The position numbers and the translations under genes are program-made. A model generated the notes under the pieces. That model was given only the letters and a program-made list of their open reading frames with translations. It was not told the origin of the DNA and searched no databases. A DNA stretch of 61,796 nt, counting the filler, from Candidatus Woesearchaeota archaeon (GTDB lineage Archaea > Nanobdellota > Nanobdellia > Woesearchaeales > GCA-2685855): NCBI GenBank assembly GCA_002685855.1. It is 6 parts of 6 records of this genome, joined end to end, with 100 filler letters (N's around TTAATTAATTAA, not from the genome) between each part and the next. Parts side by side here need not be neighbours in the genome. Positions count along the whole stretch, not along the records: positions 8,032 to 21,263 come from NYYS01000017.1; positions 21,364 to 34,221 come from NYYS01000018.1; 4 more parts are not named here. One strand, given 5' to 3'. Shown piece after piece: positions 20,727 to 30,178 of the stretch (the stretch's first letter is position 1; each line of letters opens with the position of its first letter).

Positions 20727-21263
20727 TTAGTAAAACGCCCTCTGCAACCCAAACACCCTCTCCCGATACCCTTCAACATCCTCCTCCACATACTCAGGAT
20801 ACAACTCCTGCATCAACCTCCACCCTTCAACAGCCATCCCCTCATCCACACCCTCAAACCAGCCCGTTTCCTTTACCTTCCTCACCTGTTCTTCAGCACT
20901 CGTCACACTCGGAAGAGAATCCAGCAACCGAACACAAGGCTGCCCATACCGAACTCCCTCTTTCTGCGCATGAAAAAACAAGCGATAAAAAATACTTCCC
21001 TGTCTATCCCACTCCAACAATCCCGTCCTCTCAACCAACCCTTTACTCAAACCAAACAACCCATTACTAATATCCGGAACATTCTTCCGAACCACAGCCA
21101 TCTGATCAGAAAAATGCAATAACAAAAACACACAATTATTTGCCAGCTCTAAATACTTTCGAAGACCTTCATCCTCACCCGGCAGCACAATCCGATCCCG
21201 CTTAGCCAACACATGATCAACATCCTCTCTCTGATAACACTCCCAAACCTTAACAGCATTCCT
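20727..21263 (-). CDS. Hypothetical protein, 5' truncated by contig end
   Basis: Frame stays open up to the spacer. Confidence 0.55.
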   Translation of the reverse strand, partial: RNAVKVWECYQREDVDHVLAKRDRIVLPGEDEGLRKYLELANNCVFLLLHFSDQMAVVRKNVPDISNGLFGLSKGLVERTGLLEWDRQGSIFYRLFFHAQKEGVRYGQPCVRLLDSLPSVTSAEEQVRKVKETGWFEGVDEGMAVEGWRLMQELYPEYVEEDVEGYRERVFGLQRAFY

Positions 21264-21363
21264 NNNNNNNNNNNNNNNNNNNNNNNNNNNNNNNNNNNNN
21301 NNNNNNNTTAATTAATTAANNNNNNNNNNNNNNNNNNNNNNNNNNNNNNNNNNNNNNNNNNNN
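21264..21363. other. Artificial contig spacer
   Basis: N44-TTAATTAATTAA-N44. Confidence 0.97.
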
Positions 21364-22621
21364 CCGGAGCATCATTCACATTCGTAATATTCATAAACAC
21401 TGTCTGATTATCCACTCCCGTCACATTATCCCACAAAGTAATATTCACATATCTGCACACAACATGCGAATTATTCAATGTAAAATTTATCAAACCCGAA
21501 GCATTACTCCCAGAACTATTCGGCGTAGTAACCTGCCAGGGATTCGCAATAGAACAATTAGACGACGTATTAAACGTAAGACTATCATTCTCCGCATCCA
21601 AATCAGAACCATTCAACGAAACAGTAAACGCACTATTTTGTGTCCCATTCTGCTGCGGAACAAACTGCAGCACAGGATTATTGTTATTCGCAGTAATATT
21701 GATCCCTAATACACCACTTCTATTCCCATTCAAAGAATCATTAACCCACATCGTAATCCAGTACTGCCCCCGCTGACCAAACGTTGGAGTAAAATTAATC
21801 AAAGCACTCGTGTTCGACGTATTCGTCACATTAAACAATGTAGAATTCGAATAGGTGAAAGGAAAATTATTTTCTTCATCCGTCGCATTCAACGTATGCG
21901 TACACTCACTTCCAGAAGTACAATTAAAAGTCATAGCAGACACAAAAACAGGCGCATCATTTGTAGCATTCACAACAAAATAGATATCACTTCCCCCATA
22001 TTCCAACCCATCATAGGCCAGAATTGAAATCGTATGATTTCCAACAGACGTACTATTTGCAGTAAACTCGATCAACCCTCCACTTGTAATCGTAAACAAT
22101 GACCCACCAAAATCTGATGCATTCTGATCCACAGCAAGCCAGTTCGTAATCGTATCACCCTCTGCATCCGTAGCATTCGCAGTAAGATTAAACAACAGAT
22201 CCTCAACCGGCCACTGCGTAACATTCGGCTTAATCAAGGTCGGAGGCGTATTAATCGTAACACTACTCGAATTAATCCAGTCAGTAGTATTAGTCTCATT
22301 CTTCAACTGGATAGAACACACCCAAACCTCCCCCGACTCTGTATCCCCTGACTCAATATCTCCCGTCGCTGTAGTAGACGTAGAACTCCCATTAGTTACA
22401 TTATCCCTAGTTTCATTATCTGCCTCATGACTCACAGAATTATTAAACCAGCTCACACTCACATTCAACTCCCCTAAGCCCGTCACAGTAAAACTACAAT
22501 CAAGGGTTTGAGTCGTCTTCGGCCGAGAAGGAGCAATCGTAGGACCTGAACTCACATTCAACCCTGCAGCCAACTCTAACACAATCAGAAAGAGCATACC
22601 AAAAAGAAGAACCTTTTTCAC
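21364..22621 (-). CDS. Secreted cadherin-like/Ig-repeat surface glycoprotein, 3' truncated
   Basis: Signal peptide; repeated NTPP/NDAP and ATD.EGD motifs; very many N-x-S/T sequons. Confidence 0.8.
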
Positions 22622-22740
22622 CTACTCCCCACCTCCAACTTCCTAATAACAAACTCCTTTAATGTAAGATCCTTTGTAATCGCCTCAAGCTTCAGCCGTT
22701 TATGAAGATCTTCAGGGATTTCAATATTAATATTAGCCAT
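22618..22740 (-). CDS. Ribbon-helix-helix microprotein B (40 aa, not in the ORF track)
   Basis: MANINIEIPEDLHKRLKLEAITKDLTLKEFVIRKLEVGSR; TGA overlaps the GTG of the surface gene. Confidence 0.8.
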   Translation of the reverse strand: MANINIEIPEDLHKRLKLEAITKDLTLKEFVIRKLEVGSR

Positions 22741-22741
22741 C

Positions 22742-22858
22742 TTACCTCTTCTTCAAAAGCTCTATAACTCGTTCCTTCAGAGATACTCCCTTCTTTGCAG
22801 AAGTAATCTTCAACCTCTTATGAAGCTCATCCGGAATCTCAATATTAATATTTGGCAT
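22742..22858 (-). CDS. Ribbon-helix-helix microprotein A (38 aa, not in the ORF track)
   Basis: MPNINIEIPDELHKRLKITSAKKGVSLKERVIELLKKR; paralogue of 22618-22740. Confidence 0.8.
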   Translation of the reverse strand: MPNINIEIPDELHKRLKITSAKKGVSLKERVIELLKKR

Positions 22859-22881
22859 CGTCCCCGCAAATCAACCAATAA

Positions 22882-22940
22882 GTTAGCTAACGTAACTAAG
22901 TAAGCTTACTAATCTAACTAAGCTAAGTTATTTATAAAGA
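22882..22940 (-). promoter_or_regulatory. TATA box plus three AGCT-centred palindromes at 18-bp spacing
   Basis: GTTAGCTAAC (22882-91), AGTAAGCTTACT (22899-910), TAACTAAGCTAAGTTA (22915-30); TTTATAAA at ~22931-38. Confidence 0.7.
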
Positions 22941-23000
22941 TTACGATTTATCCCGTAGAAATCTACCTATAGAACAAAACACAAAAACCCCTAACTAATT

Positions 23001-23363
23001 CTATCTCCTCCAATACCTTCCATGATGCTGTCTATTCGGTCGCAGCAACCTCTGCCCCCTAAACACCCCCTTATCATACCTTCCAATAAGAATCTGATTC
23101 CTTCCTGATCGCTGATCATGATGCCTTCCAATATACAGATTCTGCCTATACACCCCATCAACACGCCCACGATTTGTTCTACCCTGAACCCGTCCATTCC
23201 GGGCAGTCCTCTCGCCTCCAACCTCCCCATCAAGTGAATGTCCCACAAGATGATAATGATGAGGAGTGTGGCATCTCTGTGAATGGCCAACGCTTTGCGT
23301 TGGAGTTGCCAATATCATACCCATACTCACAATACCTACCAAACTCGTCCGATCTAACCGCAT
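23001..23363 (-). CDS. Hypothetical secreted Arg/Gly/His-rich protein
   Basis: GAGGTG SD; N-terminal hydrophobic segment. Confidence 0.5.
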   Translation of the reverse strand: MRLDRTSLVGIVSMGMILATPTQSVGHSQRCHTPHHYHLVGHSLDGEVGGERTARNGRVQGRTNRGRVDGVYRQNLYIGRHHDQRSGRNQILIGRYDKGVFRGQRLLRPNRQHHGRYWRR

Positions 23364-23473
23364 AATTTCACCTCAATAAGAACATAATCTTAATACTTAA
23401 ATATCTTCCCAAAATAATTCCAACTCTATTGGAATAATTCCAAATTCATCAGAAACCCCCCTTCCCTAGCGTA

Positions 23474-25339
23474 TCAATGATGCGCCCAGAAAAAGCTCAA
23501 CTCAAAAAACACACGATCAAGCTTATCATGAACAGTTTTCTGTTCCTTGCCTGACATCTCCTGATACTCAGACAATAAACTCTCATACTTTCTCTTAGCT
23601 ATATCAAACTCAGAAAACATCAACGCTCGATAGAAGTTATGAAGTTCCTGCTGAAAACGAAGAAAATGACCCTTGGAAAGTCTCTTTTCAGACACATGTT
23701 TTTCCAACAACATAGAAGAAGGTGAGGTAAGATAGATCAACATCTTCAACTCCTCAACAACCAAATCAATATCGGCATCCTCAGACAAATTCTGGATATT
23801 TTCCACCAGATCTGACAACACCTTCTTAATCTGAGTAGGCATAGTAAATACCTGTAAAGATTCAAGCATATCCTCAAACGAAACACTCTTCGGCAAAAAA
23901 ACAGCGCCAAACGAAAGAATAACCTCTTCAACAACCCGCTTTGTTGGCTTAGAAAGCAGAGTAATAAGCCTATCCCTCTCTTCGAGATCTTTAATCAGGA
24001 TAAATCGCGGCCCTTGAGGCACAACAGCAAAGACCATATTCCCAAAAAAGGTACGAATCTGCTTATGAAAGAACTTGTAGGCTACATACATACAAAACAC
24101 AATAATGATCGAGATCAACAAGAAGATCGTAAATGTCCTAGCTGCAGGAAGAAGAGCAGGCATCTCAAGCTCACTACACGGCGGACAAGACCCACCACAG
24201 TCAACATCCTCCTCATCCTGATTTAAAATATTATCAGTACATGTCGGACACGGCTCACACAATCCACCACAATCCACTCCCAACTCAAAACCATCCTTCA
24301 CATTATTCGTACACGTATCACACAGCCCACACGGCCCTCCACAGTCAACCTTCTCCTCGCCCTGATTTAACACCCCATCAGAACAACTAGGACAATCATC
24401 ACACACCCCGCCACAATCAACACCCTCTTCCCTCTCCTGCTGAATCCCATCAGTACAGTTAATATAGGTACAATTTCTCCACACCCAATCTTCATACAGA
24501 TCTGTATAACACCCAACAAGCTCAACACAGAATTTCCTCTGCGTACTATTCCTCAAACAGTCCTGATAATCATAACACTCCCATTGCGGATCACACAACG
24601 CCAAACCCCCACCACTACTCGATCCAGCAGCCGCAGCCGGCGGCTGACTTGCACGTACACAACTCACACTCGTGATACTAATAGCATTACTCTCTGCAGA
24701 AAAATCATACGGATCTGTAGCAGTAAACGTAACAACATTCGTAAAACAAGAACTTGAAGTCACAATAACCTCAGAATTATCTGTAATAGTAATACCAAAC
24801 GCAGTAAAAGAGGTTGTATAACTCAGATTATCCCCATCCGGATCAGTAAAGTAATCATTCAGAAAAAAAGCAGAATGCGACGTCCCTCCAACAAACTCAA
24901 CATTCGGGAGATCCGTAACTAAGAGCGGAGCATCATTCGAATTCGAGACAGTAAGATTAAACACCTCATACGCATCAGACTCACACCCACTACTATCATT
25001 AATCGTAACATTATAAGAATGATTCCCAACAACAGCATCCAAAGGAGTAAAATTAATCCAGCCACCACTCGAAATATTAAACAGATCAGTAGAAGTTATA
25101 TTCGTACCCGAAAAATTAACAGAATCCCCCTCTGCATCACTATAATTTACCTGACAGCTATAACTCTGATTCTGAGGAGCAGTAACATTACAACTATTAT
25201 TGATTGCAGGCGGCGTATTCAAACAAAAACCCAACGTCCCAGTAACCTCGCCCGTTGGCAACGACTGAGCAGCAACAAGAAAGAGACTAAAAAAAACTAC
25301 CACAATACCCAAAACTGTCAGATACCCCTTCCCCTTCAT
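23474..25339 (-). CDS. Membrane-anchored surface protein: cadherin-like domains, Cys-rich DCGG repeats, TM, cytoplasmic domain
   Basis: Signal peptide; NTPP/NDAP/DPDGD; four C.D...N..E..VDCGG.C..C repeats; TM FTIFLLISIIIVF. Confidence 0.8.
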   Translation of the reverse strand: MKGKGYLTVLGIVVVFFSLFLVAAQSLPTGEVTGTLGFCLNTPPAINNSCNVTAPQNQSYSCQVNYSDAEGDSVNFSGTNITSTDLFNISSGGWINFTPLDAVVGNHSYNVTINDSSGCESDAYEVFNLTVSNSNDAPLLVTDLPNVEFVGGTSHSAFFLNDYFTDPDGDNLSYTTSFTAFGITITDNSEVIVTSSSCFTNVVTFTATDPYDFSAESNAISITSVSCVRASQPPAAAAGSSSGGGLALCDPQWECYDYQDCLRNSTQRKFCVELVGCYTDLYEDWVWRNCTYINCTDGIQQEREEGVDCGGVCDDCPSCSDGVLNQGEEKVDCGGPCGLCDTCTNNVKDGFELGVDCGGLCEPCPTCTDNILNQDEEDVDCGGSCPPCSELEMPALLPAARTFTIFLLISIIIVFCMYVAYKFFHKQIRTFFGNMVFAVVPQGPRFILIKDLEERDRLITLLSKPTKRVVEEVILSFGAVFLPKSVSFEDMLESLQVFTMPTQIKKVLSDLVENIQNLSEDADIDLVVEELKMLIYLTSPSSMLLEKHVSEKRLSKGHFLRFQQELHNFYRALMFSEFDIAKRKYESLLSEYQEMSGKEQKTVHDKLDRVFFELSFFWAHH

Positions 25340-25382
25340 CTAATTACTTAACAGAAACCATATATAAAGATAGCGGTAGAAC

Positions 25383-26009
25383 TCAACTCTCAGCAGCACT
25401 AAAAATAACACTCACATTCCTATTAGAAGCCGAGATGTTGGCAGGAGCGAACAGATTAACCTCTACCCTAATACTCGAATTCGTACTCCAATACAACTGA
25501 TCACACACCGTCTGAGGACTCCCAGAAAAATTCGTCCAATTATCTTGCATCCCAGACACACATGAACCCACCATAATATCATCAACACCACGCCACATAA
25601 ACCCCGTACTATCAGACACCCCCCAGAACCCAGAAGCAGTCGATCCATTAACCGTAACACTCACATTCACATTCCCTGTATTATTCACAATAAAATCATC
25701 CCCCTCCACCAAAGCAGACGTCCCGCCCGAAATATTAATCCAGCACGCATTATCATTCGTCCCAGCCCCTGTCGTCGAAAGATTAATCCCCGACGTATTA
25801 CACGCGGCCAAAGAACGATTCACCCGTCCAGTCCCCCAATCCAGCGAAGCCTGATTCAAAGTAATCCCCACCTCAGAAGCAACCGTGATAGTTGTAACAC
25901 CCGAACCCGTAGCCAACCCCGTCAGCATCTGAAAAGAAAGTAACTCCCCAATCTGCCACACATAGAGAAGAGCTAAAACCACAATTACTAAACTAACCCA
26001 CTTTTTCAT
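25383..26009 (-). CDS. Secreted or surface glycoprotein
   Basis: N-terminal TM, LTGLAT, NTGNVNVSV; many sequons. Confidence 0.7.
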   Translation of the reverse strand: MKKWVSLVIVVLALLYVWQIGELLSFQMLTGLATGSGVTTITVASEVGITLNQASLDWGTGRVNRSLAACNTSGINLSTTGAGTNDNACWINISGGTSALVEGDDFIVNNTGNVNVSVTVNGSTASGFWGVSDSTGFMWRGVDDIMVGSCVSGMQDNWTNFSGSPQTVCDQLYWSTNSSIRVEVNLFAPANISASNRNVSVIFSAAES

Positions 26010-26051
26010 CCTCTGATTACAAGAATCATTTATAAAAAGCTATCGATAGAC

Positions 26052-27203
26052 CTACTTTTTCCCCTTCTCCTTCTTTCCACCAAAAACCACCTGCAAAATC
26101 AACAACAGAAGAAGCAACAAAATAATCGTAATCAAAGCAAACTCACTAATCCTAATAGTATCATCATTCACAACCTCTACCGAGACAAGATGAACATCCT
26201 CCCTCCCCTCATACTTCAAACGAACCTTTGCCTCATACATCCCCACAGGAATATACTTTGTATCAATATATGCTCCCTCCAATACTAACGTCTGAAACCC
26301 TCTCAGCTCACGTGGAGGAATCTTAGAAGAATACAACACATCCGTCCCATTCCAGACTTCAACATCCCCTTTCACACCCTTAAACCCTGCATTCCACTCA
26401 TTCCTCACCATAACATCAAACGCATTCACACTATGTGTATAGAGCTCATACGTTGTATTAACAAGACTAATCTCCTTCTTCCCTAACTCAAACAACAAGG
26501 TTTTACTCTCACGTTCCCCCTCAAAAACCAGATCTGCCTCAACATGATACCTTCCTGACTGCCAGGCAGCAGTAGAGACAGGAACAACAATCTGAGCAGA
26601 CTCACCCCGCTTAACCAGAACAGACGCAGACCTCCGATCTCCAAACGTTCGATTATCTTGGCGCATACGAACCACAGCAGAAACATCCTCCATATCCTCA
26701 TTCCACCAGTTTTCAACATCAATCAGGACAGAAAGCTCTTCAGCCCCTGCATCATACTCCTGGCTAAGACTCCATTCAACAAAGGGATCAGCAAAAAGAG
26801 ATCGCACAAAAACACGCACATTCACATTTGAAACCCCTTCCAGCGCCCCTTCATCAGAACCCGTCTCAGTCACACCAACCCAGGCCTCATGCAAACCCGG
26901 ATCAAGCTCATCAGGAAATTGTAAAAGAAAGATAAACTCAGTCTCCTTATTCGGAACAACATCTCTCAACACCTTTTCCGGAAAAACAAAATACCTGCTC
27001 ACATTCCCCTGAACATCAAAAGCAGAAAGAACATAATCCTGTGTCCCCCCTTCTCCAATAAACTGATAGGTGAAACTCTGCTCAACCAATGGCTCAAAAA
27101 GAAGAAACTGCTTATAACTCTCATTCCCAACAAGCTTCAAACCCGAAACAGAAGCCACTAAGAGAATAACTAGAAAAACAAAGAAAAAAATCTTTTTAGC
27201 CAT
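26052..27203 (-). CDS. Membrane-anchored Ig-fold surface protein
   Basis: Signal peptide; C-terminal TM followed by a basic tail. Confidence 0.7.
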   Translation of the reverse strand: MAKKIFFFVFLVILLVASVSGLKLVGNESYKQFLLFEPLVEQSFTYQFIGEGGTQDYVLSAFDVQGNVSRYFVFPEKVLRDVVPNKETEFIFLLQFPDELDPGLHEAWVGVTETGSDEGALEGVSNVNVRVFVRSLFADPFVEWSLSQEYDAGAEELSVLIDVENWWNEDMEDVSAVVRMRQDNRTFGDRRSASVLVKRGESAQIVVPVSTAAWQSGRYHVEADLVFEGERESKTLLFELGKKEISLVNTTYELYTHSVNAFDVMVRNEWNAGFKGVKGDVEVWNGTDVLYSSKIPPRELRGFQTLVLEGAYIDTKYIPVGMYEAKVRLKYEGREDVHLVSVEVVNDDTIRISEFALITIILLLLLLLILQVVFGGKKEKGKK

Positions 27204-27209
27204 TGCGTT

Positions 27210-27425
27210 CTACCCACCATCACTCTCAAACGATTCATTCCCCTCTGGCTCAACAGAAATACCAACATTTCCAACAACCCGGGACGTAGGCGTGGAAGAA
27301 ACCTCCTGTTTTTGATATCCTTCCTCAATAATCTCCACAGTAGCGACAACCCCCAAAAACACAACAATAAGTACACTAGCAACGATCAAACGCGTAGACG
27401 TAGAGCTATCATCCATGAAACCCAT
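27210..27425 (-). CDS. Small single-TM protein
   Basis: 71 aa; first gene of the surface-protein run. Confidence 0.55.
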   Translation of the reverse strand: MGFMDDSSTSTRLIVASVLIVVFLGVVATVEIIEEGYQKQEVSSTPTSRVVGNVGISVEPEGNESFESDGG

Positions 27426-27472
27426 ACTGTTTTAGAAAGAAAGCACTATATATAATTTTCTCTAATCAGGCC

Positions 27473-27676
27473 CTATTTCATCTCAGTATAGCCGCATTTC
27501 CCGCAATGCACCCTATTCTGATGCTGCCCCAGAAACACATCACACTTAGGACATTTTCTGTTCTTTCTCTTCAAAGAATCCCCAGCAACCTCATACACAG
27601 CTGCAACCTTGGCAGAAGGCTTCTTTTTCTTCTCTGTTTTTTCCTTTGATCCCTTTCCGCCTTTTTTATTTGCCAT
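27473..27676 (-). CDS. rps27ae: 30S ribosomal protein S27ae (eS31)
   Basis: CPKC..FLGQH..R.HCGKCGYTE. Confidence 0.93.
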   Translation of the reverse strand: MANKKGGKGSKEKTEKKKKPSAKVAAVYEVAGDSLKRKNRKCPKCDVFLGQHQNRVHCGKCGYTEMK

Positions 27677-27681
27677 ACCCA

Positions 27682-28044
27682 TCACTCCTTCTTTTCAGCT
27701 TCTGTTTCAGGCTTTGCTTCTTCTTTTTTCTCTGGTTCTGCATCTGCCTTTTTTTCTTCTACTGGTTCCTTCTTCTCGAAATTCCTCTTAATAGCATACT
27801 TTTCCTCTACCTTTGAAATAACATCCTTAGAATCATACACATACGCTTCAACTTCACAACTCTCCTTTCCATACAACGGAATAAGATGATCAACAACCAC
27901 TAATTCAGGTTTTGACTTCTGAGATGATGCAAGAGCATTCTGAACATCTTTCCTACTCGGCACGCTCCCGCTAAAACTCAGCCTGCCCTTTACAACAGTA
28001 CGCGAAAGCAGAGGTTGTTTTTCTGTTTTAATATCAAAGTCCAT
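27682..28044 (-). CDS. rps24e: 30S ribosomal protein S24e
   Basis: PLLSRT...PSRKDV...YG....EAYVY; operon position. Confidence 0.88.
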   Translation of the reverse strand: MDFDIKTEKQPLLSRTVVKGRLSFSGSVPSRKDVQNALASSQKSKPELVVVDHLIPLYGKESCEVEAYVYDSKDVISKVEEKYAIKRNFEKKEPVEEKKADAEPEKKEEAKPETEAEKKE

Positions 28045-28230
28045 CTATCTCACCTTAATTGCATACTCGCCTTGCTTTTCCAAACCCATCTTTTGGCCTA
28101 TTTCAGAATTCTCCTGATTCGTAATAAAGATCCTTCCCTGCCAGTTCGTACTAAAATTCTGTCTTCCGCAGATCGTACATTTATCACCTTCAACAAAGAT
28201 CTTGCAATTCTTACACGCTTTTTTCTTCAT
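28045..28230 (-). CDS. spt4: Transcription elongation factor Spt4 (RpoE'')
   Basis: ACKNCK....C..CG...WQG...GEYAIKVR. Confidence 0.93.
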   Translation of the reverse strand: MKKKACKNCKIFVEGDKCTICGRQNFSTNWQGRIFITNQENSEIGQKMGLEKQGEYAIKVR

Positions 28231-28775
28231 TTTTTCTCCTTCTTAATATCTTCCACCACCCAATCCTCACGCCCAAGCCCTGCCTGGCGCATCGTAAGTC
28301 CAATCTTCGGATTCGTGGTGTCTTTAAAACTAATCGCGATCACACGCGCATGACACTTATCATTCACCTTCAACGAACGCTTTGTCTCCTTACCAATCAA
28401 CACCTTATCCTTACTAAAACTCACAAAATCATTCATCGTCTGGCTAATATGAATCATTCCCTCAATCGGTCCCACAGTAATAAAAGCCCCAAAATCAGCA
28501 ATATCCTTAATCTTACCCTTCACAATCTCCTGAAGTTCGGGCTTATAACTCAACAAACTAAACGTAGTAGAATAATAACTCGCACCATCACCAGGAATAA
28601 TAATTCCTTCCCCCACCTCATCAACCCTATCAACATCGATCACAATACCCAAATCCTTACTAATATAGCCCCCATACTGATTCCTCACCTCTTCAATAAT
28701 AGCAAGGTTCAAATCCTTACCAAAATTGTTCGGAGGAACCCGGACATGGTCTTTTACTTTAATCTTGTAGAACAT
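28227..28775 (-). CDS. rpoE: DNA-directed RNA polymerase subunit Rpo7 (E')
   Basis: VRVPP..FG, IIPGDGA, FGAFI..GP.EGMIHISQ, KIGLTMRQ.GLG. Confidence 0.95.
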   Translation of the reverse strand: MFYKIKVKDHVRVPPNNFGKDLNLAIIEEVRNQYGGYISKDLGIVIDVDRVDEVGEGIIIPGDGASYYSTTFSLLSYKPELQEIVKGKIKDIADFGAFITVGPIEGMIHISQTMNDFVSFSKDKVLIGKETKRSLKVNDKCHARVIAISFKDTTNPKIGLTMRQAGLGREDWVVEDIKKEKK

Positions 28776-28776
28776 T

Positions 28777-29160
28777 TTATTCTCGAATCAGATATTTCTT
28801 CTGTTTTAGGGTGATAATCATGGCTTTTTTGGCCTTTACCCGTTTTTTAAGCTCCTTATCAAGCGTTGCAACCCCTATTTTCGGCCCGCAAAGACGCACA
28901 ATAGCATCATCAACGCTCTCCCCTGCGGAACTTGACATGCTTTTTAAACTTTTTTGTTTTAAAAGGATCAAACCCAGCTTTGCAGCCATCCTGTCCTTCT
29001 GAGAACCCGATTCTGCCAATTTCATCAGCTCACGCTCTGTACCATCAATATACACCAATTCAAAAGGAAGATCCATCACCTCCTCCATCTGGCTAAAGAT
29101 GTCAATATGGAACTGCCCCGGCAGCAGCAACATATTTGTATCAATAATGACCTGTATCAT
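28777..29160 (-). CDS. PIN-domain protein (Fcf1/Utp24-like)
   Basis: IIDTNMLL, ERELMKL, VDDAI, VATLDKELK; conserved position before rpoE. Confidence 0.85.
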   Translation of the reverse strand: MIQVIIDTNMLLLPGQFHIDIFSQMEEVMDLPFELVYIDGTERELMKLAESGSQKDRMAAKLGLILLKQKSLKSMSSSAGESVDDAIVRLCGPKIGVATLDKELKKRVKAKKAMIITLKQKKYLIRE

Positions 29161-29198
29161 CCATTTAAAAATAGGCACTGCTTTATCAGTTTTATGCT

Positions 29199-29513
29199 TC
29201 AACCATTCAAATAATCCAAATTAGTATCCTCTAGAATAGCAATCTCCTCATCAAGCAGCTCCTCATATACAAGAGCCGCATCCCTGTCAACCCACATATA
29301 ATACGCCAATAACTCCCGATAAGGAGCCGTTCCACACCTCATAGGAATCAAGTTCAGCAAACCATCCATCACCCGTTCAATCTGTTTACTATTTGTACAC
29401 TTCTCAGCAATCAGATTCTCTACTTCAACCTCTAAATCAGCTTCCAAATCCTCAAATGCACTTCGAGATGCCTTAATGACAGCTTCTAACCTCTTAACAA
29501 GTTCATCCATCAA
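29199..29513 (-). CDS. Hypothetical acidic helical protein
   Basis: 104-aa ORF. Confidence 0.55.
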   Translation of the reverse strand: MMDELVKRLEAVIKASRSAFEDLEADLEVEVENLIAEKCTNSKQIERVMDGLLNLIPMRCGTAPYRELLAYYMWVDRDAALVYEELLDEEIAILEDTNLDYLNG

Positions 29514-29592
29514 ATTGGAAACTCCTTCCCCCTCAAAAATATTCTCTTTTAACCACCAAAACCATTAAAAACGCCCTCCCTTGACCCTCTTC

Positions 29593-30129
29593 ATGACCCT
29601 CACCTTCGTCACCTCAAACATGAATAAATTGAGAGAAGCAGAGGCCATCCTCCAACAAACACTTGAAAACACCGCACTCGACCTCCCCGAAATCCAGGGG
29701 ACCCCCGAAGAAGTCACCAAAGCCAAAGCCGCCTACGCCTTTAACATCCTTAAAAAACCCTGCTTTGTCGAAGACACCTCACTCATATTCAACGCCCTCA
29801 GCACACTCCCCGGCCCCTACATCAAAGACTTCGAACACGCACTATCATTGGCTGAACTCCCCAGAATCATCGACAGCTTCCCAGACAAAACCGCCCAAGC
29901 CATCTGCTGTATCGGATATGCATCTCCAGAAAAAGAACCCGTGGTCATCAAAGCAGTCGTCCCAGGAACAATAGTAAACCCAAGAGGCACAACCAACTTC
30001 GGATGGGACCCCATCTTCCAACCCGACGGATACACCAAAACCTTTGCAGAAATGACACCCGAAGAAAAAAACACAATCAGCCACCGAACACAAGCATTTA
30101 GAAAGTTTAAGGAATATTTAGAACGATAG
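29593..30129 (+). CDS. rdgB: Non-canonical purine NTP pyrophosphatase (HAM1/ITPase)
   Basis: TSN.NKLRE, LPEIQ, VEDTSL, PGPYIK, FGWDPIF, SHR. Confidence 0.93.
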   Translation: MTLTFVTSNMNKLREAEAILQQTLENTALDLPEIQGTPEEVTKAKAAYAFNILKKPCFVEDTSLIFNALSTLPGPYIKDFEHALSLAELPRIIDSFPDKTAQAICCIGYASPEKEPVVIKAVVPGTIVNPRGTTNFGWDPIFQPDGYTKTFAEMTPEEKNTISHRTQAFRKFKEYLER

Positions 30130-30178
30130 TAACAGTCTTTCTATTAAATCTATTTTTTTTCAATTACTCTGAAACTTA

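Noticed and set aside
24170..24460. Cys-rich repeats as ferredoxin or multiheme motifs
   Set aside because: No CxxCxxC or CxxCH pattern; they lie in the predicted extracellular part and look like disulfide repeats
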